From the NCBI GenBank assembly GCA_050084515.1, contig CM114271.1, positions 14,942,001 to 15,006,000 of the forward strand: DNA of 64,000 nt, in the 5' to 3' direction. Shown piece by piece: positions 18,475-29,972 of this stretch (position 1 is its first letter; each line of letters opens with the position of its first letter). A program made the position numbers and the translations under genes. The notes beneath the pieces were generated by a model. The model saw only the letters and a list, made by a program, of their open reading frames with translations. It had not been told where the DNA came from and ran no database searches. This DNA is from Blasia pusilla (Eukaryota).

Positions 18475-21460
18475 ATGGAGACTTGGAAGCCAGATATGGG
18501 CCCTAAGTTGACAGGAGGAGAGCGGCACCGGATACATCAGTTCCTCACGAGTGATAGGAGTTGCTTTGCATTTAGCATGGAGGATTTGGGTACGCTGAAG
18601 GGACCGGGGATCCGCATTGAGGTGTCGAGTGATACGCCGATCTTCCAACGATCCTATAGGTATAGTGATATTGAGAGGGCTCTGATTCAGAGTAGGAGCC
18701 AGGACTTGGTCAGAGAAGGACAAGTGGAGATGTCCCATGGGGAGTATGCATCTGCCATTGTCATGCCCGCCAAGAAGGATGTGCATGACAACTGGACGGA
18801 TAGGCGGATGTGTGGGGATTACCGACCTATCAATCGATAGACGAAGTCCGATAAGTATGCCATGCCCACCCCTGAGGAGATCTTTGATGCGATTTGTCAC
18901 GCAAAGGTCTTCAGTTCATTGGATTTGCAAGCTGGATACCATCAACTGCCTATCAAATTGGAGGTCAGGCAGAAGACGGCATTTTGGGGCATCGATCCTC
19001 ACGGGAAGGATTGTTTGTACCAGTGGCGGTTCTTACCTTTTGGGTTAAAGAACCCCCCGGCTGAGTTTCAAAGGGTCGTGGATAGGATCTTGGCTGGTCT
19101 CGATTTTGCTAGGTGTTATATTGATGACATCATAGTCTTTAGCGCCACGGTTGAGGAGCATGAGTGACATCTAGAGGACGTGTTTCAACGATTGCAATTA
19201 CATGGGCTGAAGCTACATCCAGGCAAGTGCAAGTTCTTCTACGACCAGATTGAGTACTTGGGTCATACGATATACCCAGGGGGCCTTGGTGTTCAGCATA
19301 CAAAGGTAGAGGCTATCTCACGCATTCCACGCCCTACAGATGTGAGCCGTGTTCGTGCATTCATGGGATTGGCGAACTTCTATCGGCGGTACGTCAAGGG
19401 ATTCAGTTCGATTGTGAAGCCTCTGACCTTGCTGACAAAGATGGATCATGAGTGGCACTGGGGGGATGAGCAAGAGCGAGCATTTGAGTTGCTCAAGGAC
19501 AAATTGACGTCTGCGCCCATCTTGAGGAGACCAATCCGGGGGCGTCCTTTCCAGTAGCACACAGATTGGAGCATGTTGGGGCTTGGAGCGGTGCTCACCC
19601 AACATGATGATGAGGGTAGAGAGTTTGTGGTTGCTTATGCTAGCCGCTCAAACAACGCTGTAGAGGCGAAGTACAGCTCGTATGAGGGTGAGTGCTTGGC
19701 TGCGGTGTGGACTGTCGCGCATTTCAGGTGCAACAATAGAGGGCTCTATTGTTGCAGGAATATGATTTTCAGGTGGTTCATAGATCTGGGACGCTCAACC
19801 ATGATGCAAATGGGTTGAGTCGTAACCCATGTCCGAGTCAGCAAGATGCGACTGGAGCTCGATGGCATGGAGAGAGTGATGAGGAGTCAGTGCCAAGATG
19901 GCACGCGTCAGCCTATTTAGGCATGTTGGCTATGGAGAGTCAGAGTGTGGAGACTTCGATGGCAAGGTCTGGTGGAGAGTCCTGGGATTCCGAGGCCAGT
20001 GAGGAGACGACAAGTGGCAGAGATATTCATGATGATGGAGTAGTCTTGGAGTACCTTCGTACTAGCAGCGTTGCCAGCACTATGGGTGCTAGAGAGCGAG
20101 ATCGGATCCTACAGCGGGCCAGACGGTTCCGTTGGGAGGGGACACATGTTTTGAGGGTTTGGGAGGATGGCAGAGTATGCGTAGTGCCACATCCTTTGCT
20201 GAGAGCATGACTAGTGCAGCATGCCCACGAGGAGTTGGGTCACTTTGGGGTGAAGCGGACGTACAGCTTGCTCCAGATTTTGTATTGGTGGCGAGGCATG
20301 CAAACTGACGTTCAGCAGTTTGTTGCCAAGTGCATGGTGTGTGATCGGGTCCGAGCATCGTTCAATGCTCCGACTCCACAATTGCATCCATTACCGATCA
20401 TGGGCTTAGGGTATAGATGGAGTTTGGATTTTGCAGGACCTTTGTCTTTGACGGAGCGTCACAGTCGTTATGTGTTGGTGATGGTCGAGCACTTCTCGAA
20501 ATGAATCGAGTTGGTTGCATTGCCTCATAAAGCGAGTGAGGGAGTAGCTTATGCCTTCCTTGATAGAGTGTTGAGTCATTATGGCACACCGGCTGAGATG
20601 TTGATAGACCAGGGTACTGAGTTTCCCGGTGAGTTCCAGGCCTTGGGCGCTCATCGACCATCGTACGACTTTGCGAGATCATCCCAAGGCAGATGGATTA
20701 GCGGAGAGAGTTTTGCAGACTGTGAAGAGGGGTTTATGCAAGTATGGCTTGCAAACAGGTCACCTAGGAGACTGGGACCTCCAATTGCGCTGGTTGGAAA
20801 TGGGATACAGATTCAGGAGGCAGGCATCCTTAACGTCTTTTTCATCGTACTTGCTACTTTATGGCCGAGAGTCAGTTTACCTACGGCCATTCGTCGAGAT
20901 GCTGGTGAGGTGCTGGATCTAGATGACCAAGATGTATGGATGTCAGCATGTTCTCAGAGGGCTGAGTTATTTCGGAGAGTGATGCCCATGGCGTTCGAGA
21001 ACTTGGCGATTGCACATCGACGAGATACGTTGAGGTATGTGAATATTCGGGGTGGTGGTTATCGACCAACTATCTTGAGGTTTCATCAGGGAGATTATGT
21101 CTACTTGTAGCAGACGACATCGAAAACGTTGGATGTGACTGCAGGGTGCACTATCTTGAGAGTGCATTATGTCTTGTCATCCGGTGTTCTCTTGCTGGAG
21201 GGACGCGATGGTATGGTATGGTATGGAAGGACCATGTGCGTAATTGTGCACCATGTCACCTTCCTAACATTGATGGTACAGTGGATCCGAGCTTAGCAGT
21301 AGTTCCTACAGGCTTACGTTGTATGTTGTGTGGTTCTGCCCGTGATGCGGCCACGATGCTAGTTTGTGATAGTTGTTCGAGAGATTGGCATATGGCATGT
21401 CTGACGCCACCTCTCACTAGGGTTCCTCGGGGACGATGGATGTGTCCCAGATGTACATAG
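18475..21460 (+). mobile_element. Ty3/Gypsy pol: reverse transcriptase - RNase H - integrase - PHD finger (pseudogenised)
   Basis: RT: RMCGDYRPIN, LDLQAGYHQ, LPFGLKN, YIDDI. RNase [51 protein letters not shown]. Terminal C4HC3 PHD at 21320-21454. Many stops, frameshifts and a deletion in RNase H. Confidence 0.93.
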
Positions 21461-21647
21461 AGGAGATACTGGGTAGGTTTCGATCCCGACTTTTTCTCTG
21501 ACATGGATGATAGGAAGACGACTAACGATGGGGCCACATGAGCACCCGGCCTTCTTGCTCTTAACGTCCGAGAGATGTATGTCATGGTAGGTAGGGATAG
21601 ATGGCTATCTGGAGTTAGAGGGACCTAACCATCAGCTAGGGGGGCGA

Positions 21648-21773
21648 TTGGAGATTTTTGGGTACTTCTTGTCTTGTTGTTTGGATGCCGTGAGTTAGCA
21701 TGGGATCGTGCGTGTTTGTGTGTGTGTTTGGTGACAGCGATGTATGTTGTGTACGATATGTATGCGCACGACA
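21648..21773 (+). mobile_element. Truncated LTR (3' end only) directly after a polypurine tract
   Basis: PPT-like AGGGGGGCGA at 21638-21647. Segment is a direct repeat of 22282-22412 and ends in GCACGACA. Confidence 0.7.
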
Positions 21774-21775
21774 AC

Positions 21776-22412
21776 TGTCACGTCCTTTAGGATAGATCGG
21801 TGAGATCTAGTAGAGCGTCTTCAAGAGTAGTGGAGGACATGCCTAGGAGGTCGAGGATGACCTACTGAGGCCCCGAGAAACCTGAGAGAGCAGGTTTCTG
21901 TTTCGTTTTGGCTCATTTGGAGCCATATTGAGGAACTTCCTATTTTAGGTAAGTACCATTTTGAGTATATGATCGACTTTATATTTTTGGTAAGTGACCC
22001 TTGACCTCCTACATCAGGTTAGGAGCCAAGGAGGTGACTTGGGAGAATAGGTTACCATGGAGAGAGCTTGGGAGAGGGGAAGGGTATAAATCCCAAGGAG
22101 AGAGAGCTTGAGAGCTCATTCTCTCTTTGTTGAACCTCTTGGCATGCGGCAACGGAGTTATGATCCCTTGCCTTGTGAGTGTAACCCAAGCCTCTCATTA
22201 GGAGAGTGGGTTTGGTTTGACATTGGAGAGAGTGCACACCTTTGAGAGTTATGGTGTAGAGAGAGATTGGATCTTACTTTATTGGAGATATTTTGGTACT
22301 TCTTGTCTCGTTGTTTGGATGCCATGAGTTAGCATTGGATCGTGCGTGTTTGTGTGTGTGTGTGTTCGGTGACAACGATGTATATTGTGTTGCGATGGGT
22401 ATGCGCACGACA
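21776..22412 (+). mobile_element. Complete LTR (~637 bp)
   Basis: TGTC...GACA termini; TATAAAT at 22085. Homologous inverted copy at ~35160-35630. Confidence 0.8.
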
Positions 22413-22559
22413 GTCTCCTCCCCCCTCTCTATACGTACTTTTAGGGGTCTCCAAGCAAAGGGAACCCCAATTTTCCCATTATCCACCTTGGGCCCTTCAT
22501 TTTGGCATACAATCCAAACATGGTTCACGACTCGCAGACGTGCGCTTGACTAGTACCCC

Positions 22560-23060
22560 CCAAGATGGCTTGGTGGAGTCTTCCTAAAGATTTTGCAACT
22601 CCCAACTACTCAAATGCATGTTAGAGCTTGGACCCACATTTTGTGAATCTCATGACAAATGTTTATCTCAAATCCTGCCATTTTTTATCTTATGGTTATC
22701 TTACCGTCTTTTGTGTTTCATGACTAGTCTTATGGCGTCAAGCCCTTCTTGACTACACTCATGCTCCTTGTTACTTGCCCACGACTTGGAGCTTGGCTTA
22801 AGGATCACACTTTGCTTTCCTGGCCCTTATCTTGGCAAATAACTACACCCTTTCTGACCTAAGGCTAGTCTCAAGGCACGTGTCTGTCGTGACTAGCATC
22901 AATAATATGGTCGGTTCCTCCGCCCTTCCTAGTTCCACGAAAAAGTGGTGTAGGTTTCAACTTTGGTAGGCTACACCAATGTCTCTCCTTCTTGAACTGG
23001 AATCATGACTCGCTTCTTGGGTTCTTGCCAGCCTAGATGCCATAATCTTGGATATTCGCG
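22560..23060. repeat. Dispersed repeat, probably an LTR fragment; copy at ~43480-43980
   Basis: Shared blocks such as TGACTAGTC..TGGCGTC, CCTAAGGCTAGTC and ATCATGACT.GCTTC occur in the same order in both copies. Boundaries approximate. Confidence 0.65.
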
Positions 23061-26000
23061 ATGATATGCCTTGTAGAGGCGATAAACCTTGGTTCTAAGG
23101 TTGGAAAGGCTATGCACACAGACCATTCGCAAGAGTAGATTACAACGATGGAATTGAGGTTTCTTGATGTTGGATTAGTCAAAATATCTTGTATAAAGCA
23201 TGTAGGGATAGAGAAGATCTTGGATGAATGTGTGAGGCTATATAAATAGAGGCAGCTACGATGATTATAAGGTATTGTGTAATGTGAGTGAAGAGATGGT
23301 TTTCTTGCATTACAATAAAAGGTAGTTAAAGAGGAGGTGAATGACTTGACCTTGGAGCCTATGCTCGTATTGCCCACTTTTGGTTCATGGCAAGCTACAC
23401 TTGCAAAATCGGAGGAGATGTACGCCAAACGCGCCATAGAGTTTGCCATGATTTCTCCAAGAGTTGTAATGTTGGATAACCAAGGAAAGATTTTATGCTT
23501 GGTTAATTTAGAAGATAGAGGGTATTGTTCGCGATGTATCTTGTTGGATTTAGAAGTGCATCCCTTGATGTTAGGGAAGGGGTCATGCACATATTTCGGT
23601 TTGACTTGGGCTCGCATTCAGCAATGTCCATTCAAGATTTAGACATCAATTGATGGGGCCAATTAATCAGTCCACATGAGATGGTAGGTGGGATCAAGCT
23701 AGAGCATGTGGCTGTTGCTCTAGCTTGGTGGGTGGTATGGGGGTTTAAGAGAGATGGAATGATCCTCCATTGTAAGAAGAGAAGTTGCAAAGCTCAAGAA
23801 GATCCTTACCTCTCTAGAGGAATGGAGGCACGTGGGCCCTCTCTCGAGGGCTAGAGGGTCCCTTGGGCCCAATGTATAGCATGAGCACAAAAGTAATAGT
23901 ATAATCTATTATCGTAGACTTTATTCTAACAAGATGCTTTTTTTTTACAAAAGGAATACCTGGTACAATTTCACTCCTTGTCAAAATTCTTGTGTGTGCA
24001 CAACAATACATAACAAACATCATCATCACATACACACATGTTCATTAATCTCCCCGATGTAGCGTAAGTATATATACACTATCATACCAAGAGGCCATAC
24101 AATCTATAACATTCAAGGAAAGACCTTTTGTTGACATTGACCACTACTCATTATGACCCTTGCGTGTACTCCCAATATTGTTTTTACTCACCATCTAGCC
24201 TATCCACTTGTACTTCACACGAGTTGAATAACGGATTCCTCCCCCCTCCCTCCCTCTCAAAGGGAGGAACGGGGGAGAATATCCTCCATTATCTTACGCA
24301 CAAGTGTGCTTCTCCCAAACAAATCATGTTTGGTGGGTCTTTCATTCATCTTTTATCTTCTTTCCTTACGTTAATGATCTATCCATTACGTTAATGAAAT
24401 AAAATCTATCCATACGTCAATGATAGATTTTTTTTCTCAACTAGTTTCTCATCCCTTATCATGCATCTTCTATTTTGTATATTCCACCAGAGAGATTTTC
24501 TCTAGAACTTAGTTAGGGTCCAAATGTATCTCTCCCTTTGATCCTTGTCCAAGTGTCCATTACTCTAGTGCCATAGATCTCCCTAAGGCACACATGGAGG
24601 AGGGTCAATTCATTCCTCCTCCCTACCTCATGTTTCCTTGACATTTTGAAAATGTACTTAACATATTCCAATTTCTCTCTTTGAGTTCTGTGTATACTCT
24701 TACTTTGTTGAAATCATCCATTTCTTTCCTTATATGCTATATTACATTCTTTCCTCCTATGCTATATTAACAATAAATTTCCTATCATTACACACTTTCA
24801 CATGCACTAAAGATTTAACACAACCCCAAAAAAAATCACATATATACACCATCTCATGAAAGTCTTTGATTGAAAATTCATCACTTCATAGCCCACAAGT
24901 TTACTGTAACTTTACCTCCCCTGGCTAAATTCCAATCCACAAGCTTTCCAGTTTTGGTAGTGCTAGTGATTAGGTTATTGACATGCATATGTTGCAAGGA
25001 CTGCAAGGATATCGTTTTTAATGGGGCGACTGTAGTATGATGGTTTCTCGTCCTAGGACATGAATAAATTCTCCTGCGGTTCTTTGAGATTCAAAATACA
25101 AAGAACATATTTTCAGCATTTCTTAAGTGTTCGTGTCTGCTTGACATTTGAAATCTAAATAGTTCATGTTCAGATCGGACGTATCTGACTTACATGCCCT
25201 CTTCGCCTTTTTCCTCTCCTGCTTAGAACCCCTGCCTTCCCTTGGGCATGATTAGCCTTTAGATATTTCTTTTTCTGCTGCCCAAGGATTCCCCCCACAC
25301 GGTCATCCACCTGGAATACTGTGATTGTCAAGACTTCGGCATTACTGCTCCTGTGAATGAATTAGTGAGGTCTGCAGTTGGTGTGTTCCAGCGCAGGTTC
25401 ATTGTCCATTGCAGGTTGGTCTACAACCTTTCAAGGTATGACCCTGAGATAGATTTAACTTCAGAACAGTGCACAAGAACAGTTGATTCTAGTAACTCCC
25501 ACATATTCGGAACCACCCACCACACATTATGCTGCTTCACCCACTAGGCGATCTATGATGAACTCAAAGATCTGATGAGGTTCCACGGGCAGTGAACAAA
25601 CCCACTTGGTGATTTGGCTTCAGAGTGCGCGCTCCATGCAGATGTAATTTAATAAGAGCATTCCTCAAGGATGATGGGGCAGGAAAGAAAGTTGTCAGGC
25701 AAACTCCCAGGAAGACGGAAGCAATTCACACCCCATCCTTTCTCCCATTATCCAAATCACTGTGAGGATCGATATCCAAGCGATGGAAAACACTTGAGTC
25801 GCAGGCCACCCATTGGTCTCCCCATGACTTTCATTGCAACCATCTCTCTCGGTTTCAGAAAAATCACATGGTCTGCACAAAAGGGTGACCCTTTTGGCAT
25901 TGTGGGGATGCACATCTTTGTGCTGTGCGTTTCTAACTACTGTAAGCACCATTTCCAGAATGCCCTGATAGAAATGTGGAACAAAAGATTGACTTTGACA

Positions 26001-26142
26001 AAAAAAGAATGTGGACTTAAACCTGGTGGTTCGGGTGTGGGTGGAGAATTTGGAAGGGATCTACCTTCATTGCTCACTCAAACGGGAGAAAAAATGACCA
26101 CTTCACTGGTTAGCTAAGGGAATGAATGGCAGTGCATTGATT

Positions 26143-29100
26143 TTACTGCTCTTGTAAAGCATTAAGTAGTGACTCACACTTCTCCTCACATTGTTTAAGG
26201 CTGTCATACACTTCTGGGTATGTTAAGTAAAGTTGGTCTATATTGCATCTTCCTTTCATGGTCTGTAGCACTTCTCGAATCTCTTGCTCCCTCCCCCGAC
26301 CCTGAAGAGTGGAGTAGATTTCATCATTGGGAGCCTTGGATCTGGGATTTTCTCTGAAGTCACAATGTTGAAAGCATAATCTTCCAGTATACAGAAAACG
26401 AGAAGGAAAGAAGAATGAGAAAAACTAAGACGACGTCACAATTACCATTCAAAATATTCTTCCAATCCTGAAGCACGAAATTAGAAAGAATGAAGAGAGG
26501 ATGGTTAAGTTTAAATGCAGTTTGGCCTACCATGATCATCAGTGTCTCTGCAAGTTCGGCATATGCGTAAGGCCACCCTGGAGCTATCTGCTGAGGACAA
26601 AGTATCTACACAGTTAGAGAGGCAAAATGTCCAGATTGACTGCAGATTGGTGGGCAGTGCTCCACAACTTAACTTGAAGAACGAGCCTATTTAGTAATTC
26701 AGCTTAAAACACGACTGGTTCAACTCGCCACAATCTTGGAGGATTCGAAGGACGGAAATCCTACTTGACAACTCTCTGATGCACAAGCGCTCAAATGTGG
26801 GGATGATTGGATGCTGTAATTAGTTGTCAATCAATTCCATAAGTTGTAAGCTTTAATCCTATACTAATGTGCCAGCCCATCCATCCACATTTAAAGGAAG
26901 ACTCTCTAGTGCAGGGAAACAGAGAAAGTAGAGAAAGATGTTAATTTTAGCACACAAGGAGAAACTCATGAACATGAGCTCCATGGCAAGTTTCATACCT
27001 CTATGGCCAGAGTAAGGAAACGTTCACCATCCTCCAGTATAGACTTCCTTCCTGCACGGCCACTAATTTGGCCACATGGGGCACTCAAAATACTGCACCG
27101 CCCAGCCTGCACGTCAAAAAAATTACCTTGGTCAAACAAGTGGACATTTCAAGTCAGTCAATGATAACTAAAGGTATAGTTCCCTACAAAGTCTTAATTT
27201 CAGCCAGAAAATCACCTTGGTCAAACAAGCAACCATTTCATGTCTGTCTATGATAGCTGAAGACTTACTGGCCTACAAAGTCTTCATTTTCAGCCATGAC
27301 GGGCAATTGATATGAAATGAGAACACAAATAATAAACTTTCCTCAACAAGAGAATAGGTTTCTTTGGATATCCCGAGAAGCAAAGAAACCTGATTCTCTC
27401 CACGGGAGTTGTGACTCTTCCTACATTTGACCGGCTAATCAACTGATGAAACCCTAGCAGGCACTAGAAGTTGAGGATCAGCACCAACATTGAAAACCAC
27501 CCAGTATGATTTGGGGCGCAACCCTGCTAGCTGACGTAGCATCACCGCTGCCTCTTCCCACATTTCTTCTGTTCCATTCCGATAAATAAACTTCAAACGC
27601 CCACCTACAATGAACTGGCTGAAACTAAACAGAGAAAAAAATTGAACTAGACATGGCAGAGTAGGCAGAGCTAATCCATGAATTGAGTTTTGAGGTCAAA
27701 TCTTTCTTTTCATTCCATAACTCAAAAGTGACTGAACTAAACAAAACAAATGTAGAGACCATAAATGAATATATATTGAAGGACCATAAATGGAAATCGA
27801 TCTGGAGACTCTAGAGGAAGTTACATACTATGATATTTACTAAAGGGAAGAGGTTATTGCTTCAAGGAAAATCCAACTTAATGTATATCCTAACAATACT
27901 CTCCCTCAAAAGTCATGTCTTCAATAATTCCTGAACTCTTTCTCATAGTCTCATGAAGTGGATGTGACGTTGAGCATGTGTTAGCTTGACTATGCACTAA
28001 GGATGGATACCATTGGAAAATCATCATTGTTGTGAGGACGCCTATGCAGGGACTACATTTTGAAACATACCCTGCATATACTTGATGGCAGATGATCGTA
28101 TTTGCCATGAAAGCCGATCTCGAGGAGTCACGTGGGTGCATGCGAATGGCAACTCTGGTAAATTTGTTAAAAGTGATGCAGCTGCCCAACCTCCCTCAAT
28201 TGCCTTAGCTTCTTCCTCCATGAGTGCGACTTTCTGGAACTGAAAGGATGCAAGGCCCCTTCTGACGTGACTAGCCAAAGCAGTCCAACCATGCCACATG
28301 TGCTCCACTTTCCTGCCACTACAAACACAAATGTATTTTTGAGGCCATTCCAAGTTACAAAGAAGAGAGTGCCCAGAAAGCTTATAATTGGACTGATAGC
28401 AAAATTTGCCAATTCTACCTTAGTCCATCTTGTGGGAAATCAGTATATAAATTGAAGAAGATAAATTTTGTGGTAGAGTTGAAACGGTTTGGTGCCAATG
28501 ACCAGGCTATGAGTGGGTGTAGAATTACAGCATCGCCACAACCAAGCTCCAACTGCAAAACGAAGCAAACACCAACCCATGGGCCAACTCTCGCTGAGGA
28601 TATGGTCTCTCAGGTATCTCATAGCAAGCAAACGTTTTGTAAATAAAAATTAATAAGAATAGTTATCTGCCCAGAGAATGGATTGGTACTCCTGACCGAG
28701 GACCACTTACTGGCTGGGATGGGGGAGGAGACTGATTGCAGATCAGGTGGCTCATGCACAAATTGAAAAAAAATCATGCACCTCATGAGCGGTGGCCGCT
28801 GGAACATCAGGAGGTTGAGGCAAAGTTGGTCCGATCACACCTTCAGCACGAGCCCATAGCCAGTCTGCAATCAACCAATGGCTTCTTGGAAAAACAACAA
28901 AGCCCCCACCACAATTTCTCGCAGTCCCATCTGTCACAACCAAAATGGAAGTCATTAGCAATTCCAGAAGAAATCAATTCCATCCTGGACCACCGCCATA
29001 ACATGATTCTCAACAAAGAGAAATTGTGACTTGGTCGCGGCTTACTTGAGCATGCAAGGACGAGAGTGGCAGTTTCAGAAGCACCATCAAGCCTTGGCAC

Positions 29101-29972
29101 CTCCTTCTCAACCTAGATTTGTGCAAGGAAAAAACCAACCAAGGACTTCCTTAATGCTCCTCATTGAACCTGCACTTTCCAAGCATATCTCATTCGCCAA
29201 GATGGTGGGAACTCTTCTCATGAAGAACTTGATGGTAGTACTGGAGGGAGAATCCCTCTGATGAAACTACAAGTCCATCTAAGAGTACCTCCCATCGAAT
29301 CTTTTATCTTTTTCAGACAATAAAGGATAAAACAGAATGAACTATACCTCCCAATTTTCGTTCCACCATGGCTCTGGAGACGTTGCACCATCAGTGCACT
29401 TGAAGCCCGGCCCCTGAATCCGTTCCATGCTGAAGTCGACTTTCATCCTCTCTCCAATTAGACTGTGTAGTAGTGCCTGGTAGTGATTTTGTTCCAGGAC
29501 CTCAGGAGTAATGCTTGGGAGCTCATCTTCTTTGACAAATCCTCGAAGTATTATGAAGCCGTCTTCGTAGATTGAACTCTGCACCCGAAACTTTACTTCT
29601 GAATTTTTGGTCGGCAATCCTGACAGAAGTGCAAACGGCAGACCTATAAGAGTCTATCACGTTCTCCTTTGGGTGCTTTACACAATGGACGGAAGCAGAG
29701 ATCTGATAACGCACAGAGTAATGAGGTCGCATAGGCTGAGCAATCAATGGAGTGAGAGAAGCCCACATCTGGCAGATCGAGTATGCTACGGATGATCATT
29801 GGACCTCCTGACGAGAGCAAATTTCAAAAAACGAAGTAGACCAACCTCGAAATTTCTTTCTACATGTCTGCGAAGAAATGGAGAGGCTAGTGCGACAGCT
29901 TTGCCGAACCACTTTCGTTCCAGGAGCAAGGGCGGAAAACAGAGGGAACCCCGCGACACGGACACCAGCCAT
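26143..29972 (-). CDS. Putative organelle-targeted protein: PhyH/2OG-Fe(II) oxygenase-like fold without metal ligands plus C-terminal TPR-like repeats (10 exons, ~446 aa)
   Basis: Exons 29972-29846, 29643-29348, 29112-29046, 28930-28782, 28552-28419, 28318-28191, 27604-27489, 27106-26999, 26587-26531, 26301-26143; all GT-AG, phases match, 1341 nt with no internal stop. Motifs YEDGFIILRGF, NCGGGFVVFPRSH, LELGCGDAVILHPLIAWSLAPN; TPR-like WEEAAVMLRQLAGLRPKSYWVVFNAG and FLTLAIEIAPGWPYAYAELAETLMIMGR. Confidence 0.75.
27119..27297. repeat. Diverged tandem duplication, 2 x ~89 bp, in intron 7 of the PhyH-TPR gene
   Basis: Units start AAAAT(T/C)ACCTTGGTCAAACAAG at 27119 and 27208; both end CCTACAAAGTCTT..TTTCAGCCA. 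Confidence 0.8.

Noticed and set aside
22413-22430. Minus-strand PPT implying the 21776-22412 LTR is minus-oriented
   Set aside because: TATA box and downstream GA-rich region indicate plus orientation; the tract seems to belong to the flanking repeat. Orientation remains somewhat uncertain.
26700-26910. Extra exons (SLPLNVDGWAGTL; HPIIPTFERLC) in the PhyH-TPR gene
   Set aside because: Splice sites or phases do not join cleanly; skipping them yields a coherent TPR-like repeat. Not excluded without RNA data.
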